64,000 nt of DNA from Podarcis filfolensis (taxonomy: Eukaryota), in the NCBI GenBank assembly GCA_964270895.1, contig OZ185440.1. One strand, given 5' to 3'. A program made the translations under genes and the position numbers. Each line of letters opens with the position of its first letter. Within the stretch, counting starts at the first letter, position 1. Positions 10,660-23,172 of this stretch are shown piece by piece. The notes beneath the pieces were generated by a model. That model saw only the letters and a program-made list of their open reading frames with translations. It searched no databases and was not told the origin of the DNA.

Positions 10660-12164
10660 ACACATATAAAATATATGTCAGCATCCTAGTAGAAGAGTGT
10701 GGTCTAATAACTCATGCAAGCACTATCCAGCTTGATTACCCTCCAAGATTAATCCAAAAAAGAGTTATGAGCACTTCTTTTATCTTTCAGTGTACCATGT
10801 ATATTAATCTTCATTGTTTTTTTACCTGTCTCTGAATCTCATTTGTGTGCAAACTGATAAGATGTGATGTTGAAACACATACTTCATATTTGCTTTGCCA
10901 TAGTCTTCAGTTTATGGTTTTCAGTAGGATATGCATGCATGCACAAGCACACATTTTTCTTTGCTTTTTTTAATGAAAGTGCTGAATGAGACATGAAAAA
11001 CTGTTCCTCTCAAGTATATAGTTTAAGTAGGGAGACTGGGTTCTTTCGTAATTGTCATGACTCCATTTTTTATTGTTACCACTCCTGGCAAAATACTCAT
11101 CCAGTGAAGAGTATGATTAAATTTCACAAAAATCAATATCTTTCAGGTTGATTAAATGTACTTTTTTCTTATATCTACTCAGAAATTAGAGTAAGAAGCA
11201 TTGAAAGATTACTTTCATGAATGGTACTTGATAGGGCCTTTTCTCTCATACTCAAAAAAGTAATTTCAGAGTTATGATGAACAAAAATTATGTTTTTGTC
11301 CTCTTATGTGAATGCATTTGGTTCATTTTCTATTAGCACAAGAATACTGTTCGGCAACTATTTTTAAAACTAGGAAATCATGTATAGTAAATGATTAGAA
11401 GAATCACTAATTTTATTTGAGTAAAGCTCTGAAGAACAGGAACACACTAGCTGATGTACTAAGGTCACTTTTTGAAATCTTTGGAGGAATGCATTAAAAT
11501 GCACAGACAGTTTTAACTTCACTAAACATAAACTGAATGCTTAGTGACATCTACTTTGTCAGCTAATTGGTTTTAAAAGGGCAAATTCTTATGCTTATAA
11601 ACATGTGGAAAGTTTCCAACTGTAAAATCCTTCAGGGATTTTCTCTTGGCAGCCATGAATCTTTTCAAATGCTTCTGCAGATGAATATGTGCTCGTTTGC
11701 AGACACGTTTCAGACTTTGTCTCAATCTAGAACAAACATCTTAAAATCAACTAGTTTTATGAAACACTGAAAACGTACATTTGATCTGGAGCAGCCATTT
11801 TTGCGGTCACTTCTGCACAGAGTGAGGAGGAATTTTAGAGGGCTTTTACTTTCAGCTGTTTAATTCCTTGTGAATGATTTCCCCTTGTTATTCAAGGGGA
11901 ACACCTGCAACTTGTGTAGCTATTCACACAAGTATACTGTATAGAAAAACAAACTGCCATAGCTTGCATGTAAATTAGTTAAATGCAAATGTCAACATTA
12001 CAACCCACTGTAACCAATCCATATTTTTCCCTTGTAGAAGCTAGCAGTATTGTAACTGGTTTCATTTACTATATAATGCTTTAAAATATTGCAACAGTTT
12101 AACACCTGTTATTTCAGTAATTCTTGCAACAGCTTTATAAAGTAGCTCAGTACTATTATTTCCC

Positions 12165-12275
12165 TTGTATTACAGTTGGTGGGCTGAGGCAGAGAAAATA
12201 CCAGCTTGCCTAAGGCCACATAGTGAGCTTAGGGCTAAAGGGAGATTTGGGAACTTCCTAACTCACAACTATGCT
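12165..12275. mobile_element. Old MIR/CORE-like SINE fragment (similar fragment near 12540-12615)
   Basis: ctgaggcagagaaaataccagcttgcctaaggccacatagtgagc..gggagatttg resembles the CORE motif ctgaggcacagagaggttaagtgacttgcccaaggtcacacagc. Confidence 0.4.
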
Positions 12276-12799
12276 GCATCAAATGCCCCTATTGTGGGGA
12301 GGGCATGACAAAACATTACAGGATAAGAACAGGGTAATCTTTGACAGGCCATCCATAATCCTTCTGGGTTTTCCTCCAACCCTCTGGAGCAGATTCAAAG
12401 CTGGGGGCACATGAGGAGAGGAGATGGAAGGGAAGTCATATTGTGCAAATGAAGCCCTTTCACAAAAGGGACAACTTCGTGGGATGCAACCCATTATTTT
12501 GGTATTTTGCCCATGGTTTCCCCACTTGCCATTTCATTCTCACAACTCTGTGTGGTAGGTTAGGCTGAGAAAAAGGGACTGGCTCAATGCCATCCAGTGA
12601 GCTTCAGTGGCACGTACTTTCTGAGCTTGCAGTAGAGGTTTTATGTAAAGAGAGTAAAGCAGAAGTAGATTTGATGTGATGATTTTTTTTAGGGACATTG
12701 GTAAGTGGAATCTTAAGGGGCTTATGGCCACGTGATGTTCTCTGAATTTATCATTCTTTATTCCACTGTTTTTACTGCTTTCACCTCATGAGTTAACTA

Positions 12800-13024
12800 C
12801 AGTGGTACCTCGGGTTAAGTACTTAATTCATTCCAGAGGTCCATTCTTAACCTGAAACTGTTCTTAACCTGAAGCACCACTTTAGCTAATGGGCCTCCTG
12901 CTGCCGCCGCACCACCGGAGCACGATTTCTGTTCTCATCCTGAAGCAAAATTCTTAACCTGAAGCACTATTTCTGGGTTAGCGGAGTCTGTAACCTGAAG
13001 CGTATGTAACCCAAGGTACCACTG
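12800..13024. mobile_element. Tc1/mariner (Tigger/pogo-like) MITE, 225 bp
   Basis: TIRs cagtggtacctcgggtta / taacccaaggtaccactg with TA TSDs. Same family as 63611-63824, opposite orientation. Confidence 0.9.
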
Positions 13025-13096
13025 TACTCATATTTAAAGTTTCAAATCAAGGCCATAAACTAAACAACTTGCAAGTTTCAGATAAGACCATAAACC

Positions 13097-13363
13097 AGGG
13101 GTCACCAACCGAAGGCCCATGGGCCGGAAGCGGCCTATGGAGGTCGTTTGACCGGCCCACAAGCTACCCCCGAACCAAGCCGGCTGCTCTCCTGCTGCGC
13201 TAAACTAGCGCACTGCAGTGCGGGGACTCACTTCTGCGGCGTTGAAAATCGCGTCCGCACACGCACCGACGCTGAAAATCGCGGGCGCGCACGCGATCCA
13301 GCCCATGGAGGGATCTCCATGGGACCAATCCGGCCCAGGCAAGATAAACCTTGCAGACCCCTG
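13097..13363. mobile_element. hAT-type MITE, 267 bp, CpG-rich
   Basis: TIRs caggggtc..aa / tt..gacccctg; perfect 8-bp TSD ccataaac (13089-13096, 13364-13371). Confidence 0.9.
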
Positions 13364-13593
13364 CCATAAACTAAATAACTTGCAGTTCTAGATTAACATT
13401 TCATTAGAAAACACTTTCAAATACCACAAGAAGGAATAATCCTTTTAGAAAGCATTAATTGAAGCATGCTTGTTATGAGCTGAGTTGTTACGGTGCTCAT
13501 TACTGCTTCTCTCACTTGTTTAACCGAGTTGGCATATTCTTGCAACTTTGTACAAGTGTATATTTCTGGTTTCTCTCTCCCCACCCTCTGCAG

Positions 13594-13750
13594 AAACTAG
13601 ATAAGCAAGAAAATTCAGGAAGCCAAGAGACCATCAGTGAATCAGCCCCACAACCCATGCCTTTTCCACCCAGTGTTCTAAGGTCAGCGTCTCCAAAGCT
13701 AGACCCTTCAGAAGTCTACCTGAAGTCTAAAACATTGTTTGAAGAAAAAC
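13594..13750 (+). CDS. MAGI3: MAGI3 exon: PDZ2-PDZ3 linker ([12 protein letters not shown]...[19 protein letters not shown])
   Basis: ctgcag| acceptor, c|gtgagt donor, 157 nt, phase 0 to 1; PQPMPFPPS and [16 protein letters not shown] motifs. Confidence 0.95.
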
Positions 13751-15065
13751 GTGAGTACATAGACTTAAGATACATATTGCAGCAAAGCTAACGGAAATGG
13801 CATTCTGATCTGAGAATTGTCAAGCTCAGTCCTAAAAGGAGGTGCAGTAGAAAATAGTATCTCTAAACATTAACAGAGCGCTTTTCTCTCCCAATAAATA
13901 CAGAGGTAAAATAGTTTCTCAGAATAGGTGATTAAGTTCCAGAGTCACTTACTGACCATGTACACTTGAGCAAAAGCTCCTATTTTATAAATTAGGGCAC
14001 TGCTTTTACCACCAGATACCCCATTTAACTGAAACAAATTTTAAAGGACCTAAGACCCCTGTCCCCAAATGAGAAACAGCAGAAGCACCCAGATGATAGC
14101 CATTTTATCTGAATCAATAACTGCATACACATTTTTCAGTTCAGGAGTTTAATTGTATGATCCATGGAAGATGTAGGTAAGCAAACAAAGATGTGAGTGA
14201 GGAAGTAGGCTGCAGTTGCCAATAAGCCCAAGAAAGCAAAGGGAAGAAGAGGGAACTAAATAGTAGAAGCTCATACAATGAAGCAACAAATCATTGAAGA
14301 GAGAGATCCAGAGACAATGAAATAAAATACAAGCACTGACAAGAAAAAAGTAACTTAGAACAAGTACTAAAATATTCAGAGGAGATGGTGTTGCAGAGAA
14401 ATCCAAGACCACACTGCAGCCAGGAGAACTTTCTTGAGTAAGTTCTCCAGCCATCTTGTTACAGCAGACAGCGGCTGTGAGCAACCAGCAGCATTATTTA
14501 ATGCTGCTTGTATTTGTTTTCAAAGTAGCTGTTTTGCCCATCATTTATTGAAATGTCCAATGTGTAGTGTGAAAAATGCCAAGTTGCTTCAGGCCTTTGA
14601 AAAGTAAAAGAAGCTAGATGTGGATTTTTAGTAACCCATTGCAGATTCACTATCATCCCTAATGTATAGGTGATTAGGAAGCTATGACAAGAAAGTATAT
14701 GACATAGGAAAGAAAGCTGACTTATGGGCAGATACTGGCCCTGGTGGTGGAGGAGATATGGATGGTCCAAAAGGAGGAAGATATTCCAGGCTTCAGTATG
14801 TTAAAAACAGGATGATGAATCCTAACATTGGCTTCACCGGGACCCTTAACTTCTCTTTAAACTACTAGATGCCTGCTGGGACTCTTTAGGTATCTTATTG
14901 GACCACCCGACCATAACAGCTGAGAAGTCTTAACACACTCTAGCTAAAGCGCATCAGGAATAGGAAATAAATGTTGCCCTCACTGTAATAGCATTACAGA
15001 ACTGAACCTAAAGCTAAACTATTATAGGCTCTGGTGCGTCACTTCTAGTTCCTAGACATTGCAAT

Positions 15066-15130
15066 TCAGCATCTGACAAAGAGGACTTTAGCCAGTGAAA
15101 ACTTATGTAATAATAAAGTAAGATTTTTGA
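15066..15130 (+). mobile_element. Degenerate Penelope-like terminus
   Basis: ctgacaaagaggactttagccagtgaaaacttatgtaataataaa resembles the CTGATGAAG-stemII-GAAAGCTTATG..AATAAA PLE end. Confidence 0.4.
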
Positions 15131-15507
15131 AAACACTTATTTCAATTTAGCAAGAGGTGTATTTTGTATTTTATTGTATCTTTGTTTATTATTGTTGCTT
15201 TAAAACAGCTTGTATGAACAGATGCAATTATATGGCTGGCTGGCTGCCTGCCTCTGTTTTTAAATTTCATACTAAAACATTAGAAAAGACAAGGTGCATC
15301 ACTGGTAGGCAAGTATATATGCAATAAATTTCAGTAGAGTTTAAAATCCTTTCATATAGATAAGATCAGGGATATGGTACAAACTGAGTGGAAGAGAAGG
15401 TTCTTTTTGTACGAATTAAAAAAATTAGTTTGGTCACCATATAGTCACCATCTCTCTGAACCACCTGAGCTTGGACCTTAAAATTTATTCCTCTGGTACC
15501 TATAGAG

Positions 15508-15643
15508 CAGGCATAGGCAAACTCAGCCCTTCAGATGTTTTGGGACTACAACTCCCATCATCCCTAGCTAACAGGACCAGTGGTCAGGGATGATGGGAGT
15601 TGTAGTCCCAAAACATCTGGAGGGCCGAGTTTGCTTATGCTTG
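15508..15643. mobile_element. Palindromic hAT-type MITE, 136 bp
   Basis: Arms caggcataggcaaactc..gggactacaactcccatcatccct / agggatgatgggagttgtagtccc..gagtttgcttatgcttg; perfect TSD ctatagag (15500-15507, 15644-15651). Confidence 0.92.
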
Positions 15644-16022
15644 CTATAGAGGATTGGAACACATGCGATTACCCTTCCTGACCACAGACACAGATCTCTT
15701 CTTCAGAAGAAGGGTGTCTCATAATGCTGTTAATATTCTACTCTTTCTCTCAGTAGAGATGATACTAATGCAAATATCTTAACACTGCCCCTCAGAAACT
15801 TATTAGCCAGCAATGATTTTCATATGTGAAGTAGGGGAGATCCATAGTCAGCTTCTGACATTGACCTAGTTACTGTTTTGTAACTGTCATTAAGATTTTG
15901 TTGGACTTCTCATTCTATTCCATCTTCAGCAGTGTTTTTCCTAATTTTGTCAATAGAAGTTTGATGATAGAACTCTGCCAGTTCTGTCCTTAAGCTGTGT
16001 TTTCATCAGGTTTGCATATTAT

Positions 16023-16108
16023 CAGAAGGCATCGGAAAGTAGCCCTGTTTAGGGAAGATTTTAATATTTGATGAATTATTGTATTTTAATATTTTGCTGG
16101 AAGCTGCC

Positions 16109-16153
<45 letters not shown>
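16023..16153 (+). mobile_element. L2-clade LINE 3' end with (ATT)14 tail
   Basis: agccctgtttagggaag..ttaat..attgtattttaatattttg.tggaagc.gccc is near-identical to the 3' end of the L2 at 58030-58110. Confidence 0.8.
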
Positions 16154-17041
16154 GTGATTAGACAAATTTCTTTTGACAATTAAAACCAATTTTAACTATA
16201 AACTGTGAATTAAAATGATAGCTGAAATGTGGTGCTTCAACACCACAACCTAGTGCAGCTTGTAAATATTTATGGGGAAACATTGGATTTACAATATTTT
16301 ATATCCTGCTGTTAACAGTAATAATAAAAATAAAAATACAATAAGAAAATCACAAAGGCACAACTCTTCAGGATCCTTCCCACAGGATAGTCCAACTGAA
16401 GCAGAAATAGACATCTGGTGTTATCTTTGTCTGCCTCTCTCATAGTTCCTTCCCAGAGGGCAGCTGGTGGTAGATGATCCCGGGAGGGGACAACCTAGTT
16501 GAAGCAGGTTCTGTTATATTCTCTTTGACCACCCAGTGGTCCCTATTCAAATCATAGTTATTTTACACTTAAAAAAATGTACATAAATTGATATGGTCTT
16601 GTTTCATGCCACTTTACACTCCCTCTATATAGAGATAATATAAGAAAAAGTCTCAATGAAGCTGGCTCAGAATATTCAGCTGTCACAAGCTGGGAAGTAT
16701 GAACTCCCATTAAAATTTGTGGCAATTATATGAAGACAGCTACAGAAATCATAATTATCCTGGATTACTACTAATATATGTATCATATTCCTACAAGGAG
16801 TTACATAATTTTAATGACAGTAAATTCTGGAAGGCTTGTGAATAACCTTGATAAGTTTGCCTTGAAGATAGTCCTACCTGAAGCCCAGTCATTCAGTTGT
16901 TTACTAGCATACCTTGCCCACACTTACCTAGGTAAGTTATTTGTGATTCAAAGACAGATAACTTTTTTTAAAAAATCTGCCCTGTCACCTGGAAGCAGTC
17001 TTTGTCAAAGGCAGCCAGATCACTGGCTTATCACTAGAATT

Positions 17042-17200
17042 TTCAGAGGGTTAGCCATGTTGGCTTGCTGCAGCAAAAACAATGCAGACTAACTAATGTA
17101 TTATATCATAAGCTTTTGTGGATTACCGTTCACTTCTCTAGTCCACAAAAGCTTGTGCCATAATACATTTTTTAGTCTGTAAGGTGCTGCAAGACACTGT
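17042..17200. mobile_element. Penelope-like element termini in inverted arrangement
   Basis: aatgtatta..cataagcttttgtgga (left) pairs with tccacaaaagcttgtgccataatacatt (right); left end ttcagagggttagccatgtt..gcagcaaaaac. Confidence 0.65.
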
Positions 17201-18173
17201 TCCCTACCAGCTGAATAAATTTGCTTACGGTAAAATTTGTTACAAGGTTAAATCTGAACCTGCTTCACTTGTCTGACTTAACATTTGTTTTTGATCTACA
17301 TAATTTGGCTAAGTGGGAAAGTTTTGAGAGAGTTGGTAAAGTGTGCCCCAAGAGTTTGGTTTTAAGCTGGTTCTTAGCAGTTCTTAGGTAGATTCTTATA
17401 GCTGCTAGACCTTTTGGAATGTCTAAGTGCCATTTACTAACTTTGTGGAAAGGATAAAGTATTTGTCTAAAAGCTAATACCTATCTTTTTTTGTTTCAAA
17501 TATCATCTTCACCAGAGCCTACTATAGTTACACTCTCTGAGGTCTTGTTCTCTTCCCAGATTTTACTAAGGGAAGTATTGGGAGCAAGATTCAGGATTGT
17601 ACACTCCCTCCCCTGTCCATCTTACCATGGGAGAAGTGAATGAACCCAGAAAGTTGTTTGGCCATTCACTTGTCTCCATGATGAGAGGAGCAGGGGGAGG
17701 AAGCAGGTGAGTCCACTCCCAGCCTCTTCTCAGGTAACAGTCTGAAGGGTGTAATAACATCTAAATAGGGCCTAAACCTAAAGTTACCCAAATCTCCTTG
17801 TAACTCACATTATTCTGAACTTTTCTTTTGATTTTTCTGAGGCTTTAACAGAGTATTTGTAAATAGTTTGCAGCCATTTTAACCCAAGCTGCCATTTTAA
17901 CCCATGGCAGTTTAGTTCACTGAGTGTATTAGTTGGGGCTCAAGTGTTTTTCAGTATGTATATTTTTGTATGTATATTCCGCAGCTGGGGTGTTAGTCTA
18001 ATTCATGAGTTAATACTGCAGGTGTCTTAACATTTTAAATGCTTTCAGAAATGATAATTTCTTTTTTAAAAAAATCTATAAAACGATTAAGTTTTTATTT
18101 TTGCTTATGTTTTTTTGCAATGTGCAAGCATGGCCCAATGCAAACATAACTCTCCCCATCTTATCTTAACTAG

Positions 18174-18265
18174 CTCCAAATACAAAAGATTTGGATGTTT
18201 TTCTTCGAAAGCAAGAGTCTGGCTTTGGCTTCCGTGTTCTTGGAGGAGATGGTCCAGATCAGTCA
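18174..18265 (+). CDS. MAGI3: MAGI3 exon: PDZ3 N-terminus ([31 protein letters not shown])
   Basis: aactag|ct acceptor, tca|gtgagt donor, 92 nt, phase 1 to 0. Confidence 0.96.
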
Positions 18266-20378
18266 GTGAGTAAAGACATTAGCTGTTGTAAATCCTATTT
18301 GTCCTTAATATTGTCTTCGCTAATCCACAGTTATAAAGTAACTGAGTTATCTGTATCTCAGTTGCAATTTGTTTATGCCACTGATAGAATATTTTGCTCT
18401 TTTTCATGTTAGTGTAACTGTGCTTGAACAGAATTTTTACAGAAGTTCTGATAATCAGTGGCTAAAATTTAAAAAGAAATACTTTTACCTATGGCTTGAT
18501 TCGTTGATAGGGAACTCATTAAACCTCTGAAGATGATTTGGGGTGAGAACTATTGGCTTTCTCCATATGAAAGGCATCAAATCTCCAGGCCCTAAAGTCT
18601 TGCACACATTTTTTTATCGAAGCAATCAGAAGAAGGGTATCTATACCACTGTGTGTAAAAGACTTCTGGAAGGAGTTTTATCATTTACTAATCAAAAGGC
18701 AGAAGATAGCTTTTCAAGTAAAACTGAACAGTGAAATTGAGAAAACAATGTAGTCCTCACTGAGGTGATATTTATCAACTTTAGCAGTAGATGAGAGACA
18801 ATATGAACAGACATGCTAAGGTCAAATCTGAATAAGGCGAAATTAATTTATCCAGGCAGAAAACTGCCAAGAAGTACATAATATATTTAATGATTAGCAT
18901 GTTGTTTATTTATCTGCAAAAGCCAATTTTCTTTGAAAATATATATTTAAAAATTATCATTGCAAAAACTGTGTCTTGATTAGATTACAGTACCAATACA
19001 ACTAACAGCTACACTGAAAATGTGATGGGTTTAAATTTCAGATGGAATGTGAAGTCTTGAAGGGCCAAATTGCGTGATTCAATTAAAAGCCTGTTTGTTG
19101 GCAATCCACATCTCCCAGTAAAGTTGAATTCATGCATATACTTGTAGTGAAGTCATTATGTTCCACACTGCCCCTTTCCTCACAAGTGGCAACCAGTGGA
19201 GCTGGAGTAGGGAAATGCTGAGTGGAAGGACATCATCTGTATGCTTTAGCTAAACTTTACCAGTCTTGGCCCTTTTTATTTGACAAATTCTGAAGCATTC
19301 CTTGTTTCCTCTAGTTGGACACCCCTGCTCTTGTTCTGCATGGGAACACCCAAACGTGCTTATTGTTGGGCTGCTTCCTACATTAGGGCCGGGATCCATA
19401 GAGCCCAGTACGTGAGCAGAAATAACTTCAGTGCGTTTGTGTGGGAGGAGTTGGGCTTGTTTGTTTTCTGAATGCATGTCCTCCACGTTGCATTAGACAC
19501 TGGTCTGGAAGGTCTCCTGATGCTCAGGAACAGTTTTGCTTTGGGTGTAAGGGGCTGCAGTGGGAAAGGGAAGCTAGAAAATCCATAATGCACCCACAGA
19601 ACACCCCACATGATCCTTCTTCAGTATAAAAAGACCCTTCTGCATCGGAGAGGGTGACTACAAGGTTTCATCCTGTTATTTCTAGGGTTGTAAGTGGTGA
19701 TAAAGGCAAGTAAGCAGAGCTGTGAATCAAAACTCCCATTGATCAAGTTTGTTTGTTTTTAGTTTGACATACTCTGCCACATCCCATGGGATTAAGCGTA
19801 GATAACTGAGTTAAAAATGTAGTACTCCCAATTGTAGTGACTGGACCACCATGTCTTTCCCTATCCATAGCCACTATCTAAGCTAACTTAGCTTAAAGCA
19901 CGTTAACAGTTTCTGAAAGCTTCAAGACTCAGTCTTTTCAGAGAAAGGGTATTCCATAATGGAGATGCAGCAACTGTGAACATCTCTACGTGTTCTTGAA
20001 GTCTTGATGGTACATAGATTGTAAAATTGAATGGGCATTCTAGGTTGAGGTCTTGATAGTTCATTCTTACATTATCTAAGACTCTAATGCACTAGTGTAA
20101 TGTGCTTTGAGTGACACATCCCAGACAGAAAGTAGGTTGTTGCATTTTGCACCAGCTGATGCTTCTGTGCTTCAAGGCAGCCATAGAGGACATAGCTTTG
20201 CAATGCGAGATGCAGATGTTACTTTTCCTGGTGCTTTCGTTTTGGTTAAAACTGATTACACACACATTCACCCTTAAGTGTTGTGGGAACATGGGATTTT
20301 GGGGTGAACCCAGAACAATTAAATATTGTGATGTATGTGCATTCCTTATCCTGCATAACTATTCTGCTTTGCTGTTAG

Positions 20379-20636
<258 letters not shown>

Positions 20637-22388
20637 TAGTGCCAAAGTGTGTTTCCATGTCTCTTACAGGAATGATCCACTCTTCTTATGATCAATTTTA
20701 TGTAATTTATGAGAAAGAAATCAAAGTGATGAGGCAAAAACAACCATGTATCGATGTAAGATACTAATAGATTCTTAATGCTTCAGAATTAATACCACAA
20801 TTGAGGTTTTAAAGAAATTCATACTCAGGGTTTTTTTAAGTAGTCCCACATTAGCTTTCAGTATAGAAATATGATATATTTAATATTGATTCGCTTTTGG
20901 GAAAGCTTCACATCATTTAAGAGACTGGTAGTAGGGCTTGCTGAACTAGCCCGAGTGGGAATTGCATTCCTCTAGTCAGCTTCCAGCCTGTTGTTAAAAA
21001 AGACCTCCCATGAGAAGCTCACTTATTTCTTTGCCTACCCAGCCATTCTTGTATCTGGTACATTAGAAGTGTTGCTGAATATTGCTATATGCAATGTGTA
21101 TGCATTCAAATCTTTTTTTTACAAAAAAAGAAATCCAGGTGGAGGTGGCTAGGAATGTCAGCAATTTGCCCTGTGGACTGTAGCCTTCCTTATGGCAACG
21201 GTATTTTTTTCTTACTGGTGGTGATGGTGGCAGTTACTGTTATGTCGTTGCAACTGGTATTATGGCTCTGGATGAGGGTCATGGCTTAGAACAGAAACAG
21301 AAGGCTGAGCTCCCACTGAATTCACAACTAGAAGTCACTGGAGGTTGGCCAACAGCTGTAGGGAGTGGTATGGCTAGCGGGATCAGCTCATATTGTCCAT
21401 CGTCATGGGCCAGTCCTTCCTCCAGTATTATGCAAAAGTTGGGTTTTCAGCAGCATCTTGCTGATTCCTGCCCTCCCAACTCCAAATACCTGGAAGCTGT
21501 TAATGTATTAATATTATGATATGTTTTGATTCCCGTTATGGACACAAGTCAGCGATAAGAAAAGGAAAAGAAAGATGACAGGCAGCTTCTCTGTCTCCTG
21601 TTTAGAATGATGATGTGTTAAGTAACAAATAGATTTATATTGTACCTGGTAGCTGCTCTCAGCCTCTCTTATAGAATGAGAAGATCAGTTTGACTGAGAA
21701 TGTGGGGAGGCCATCTGAAAAGTATGAATGGATTGACCAAAGAAAACCACTTTTTGTCTTTGAACCTCAGTCTGTATGACCAGCCTAGATTTTGACAGTG
21801 CTGCGTGTACTTTACAGTACTAGTGCTCATTGTTTCAGTGAGATTACTTAAAGAAAAAGGAATCTTAAGTTGCTCATGAATGGGACCCATTCAAAAGGCA
21901 CAATAATTTGCTGGCAGTTCCCTTGTTTCCAGGACTCAGGGGCACATGAGATCATTGTTCTTATAAAGATTACATTTCTGGAGAGCACTTTATGCAATAT
22001 CAGCCCTGATTATGATTTTCCAAATGAATAAAAAATTGTTTAAAATAACCTCTTGGCATTCTCTGTGCTAAAAACTGGGGCAATACCTACTATAGTATGT
22101 TTACAAGCACAATTTGGCGTTGATTTAAACATGGAGAAACACTTCTAAACACATAATTAATGTTTATATTGTTAGTTGTAACATAGCATGTGTTCTTTAA
22201 TTGTTTAATGATCTGAAATATTAATGTGTTGGGGTGCACTTTTGAATCCATTTTTTTTGCTTTTAGCTGCTCTGCACATACCTTTTCAATGTATTGGTTG
22301 CATGTAAATGTTGTTAATACATCTAGCTACATACTGAGCATCATTCCTGATTCCTTCCTCTGCCTATTTCTGTGGTATTCAATAGTAG

Positions 22389-22577
22389 ATAAACAACTGG
22401 AAGAAGAATCATCACCCCAAGTTCCCATTTCCTCGCAGAACGGCTCTCCTAGGCTAAACCGAGTAGAGCTACACACCAAGCAATTCCCAGAAGCCTATGA
22501 TGTTGTGCTGCAACGGAAGGAGAATGAAGGATTTGGCTTTGTGATTCTTACCTCGAAAAACAAGCCACCACCTGGTG
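22389..22577 (+). CDS. MAGI3: MAGI3 exon: linker and PDZ4 N-terminus (DKQLEEESS...[27 protein letters not shown]); alternative start 22386
   Basis: aatagtag| tandem acceptor, g|gtaagt donor, 189 nt (192 with the proximal AG). Confidence 0.94.
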
Positions 22578-22695
22578 GTAAGTACTAAAAAATTGGTTGT
22601 CTGCCTTGCTTATCAAGGGAGTTGGGCTGGAGTTGCATCCTTCCATTGTCTGAACCATTTAACATTTACTCCCCAAATAATTTAAGGCTTTACCT

Positions 22696-23172
22696 CAAGA
22701 GTGGGGAACTTCTGGCCTAGAGGCTGAGTGCAACTCTCCAGGCCTTTTTATATGGCCCTTGAGACTCTTCCTATGCCACATCTCCTCCCCAGAGTCACCC
22801 CATCTTTCTAGACCACACCCCTCACCAGCCCTGCATTGCACCTTCCTGGCCTGTTTTTGCTTCGCCTGTAATGTGTCCCTGGACCATGATAAGGTCTGAA
22901 TGGAGGATGGGGAAACAGCCAAAGTGGCATACAAAGGTGTAATTTGCAGTCATTGCTCTGCTCACTTTTGCTTCTGACGCCACCCACCACTGACATGCAG
23001 CTGCCAGAAGGTTGTCCTAAAAGGAATATGGCCCTCAGGCTGAAGAGGGTTTCCCACTCCTTCCTTACAGTCATTCCTTACCTAAAAACAACGGGTGGAT
23101 GGGGAGAAAGCCCTCAGCAGTTTCTCAAGTTTGTAAAAGGGCCCATGAGTCAAAACATGTTGGCAACCCCTG
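22696..23172. mobile_element. Old hAT-type MITE, about 480 bp
   Basis: Ends caagagtggggaac..ggcc and gggccc..ttggcaacccctg resemble the caggggt.g..aac hAT TIR. No TSD recovered. Confidence 0.4.

Noticed and set aside
15066-17200. Catalytically intact hammerhead ribozymes
   Set aside because: Every copy has lost part of CUGAUGA, GAAA or stem II, and the CTGATGA matches I found elsewhere on either strand lack stem II plus GAAA.
19250-19629. Processed pseudogene or nested gene
   Set aside because: No recognisable protein similarity in any listed frame, and no poly(A) tail or TSD.
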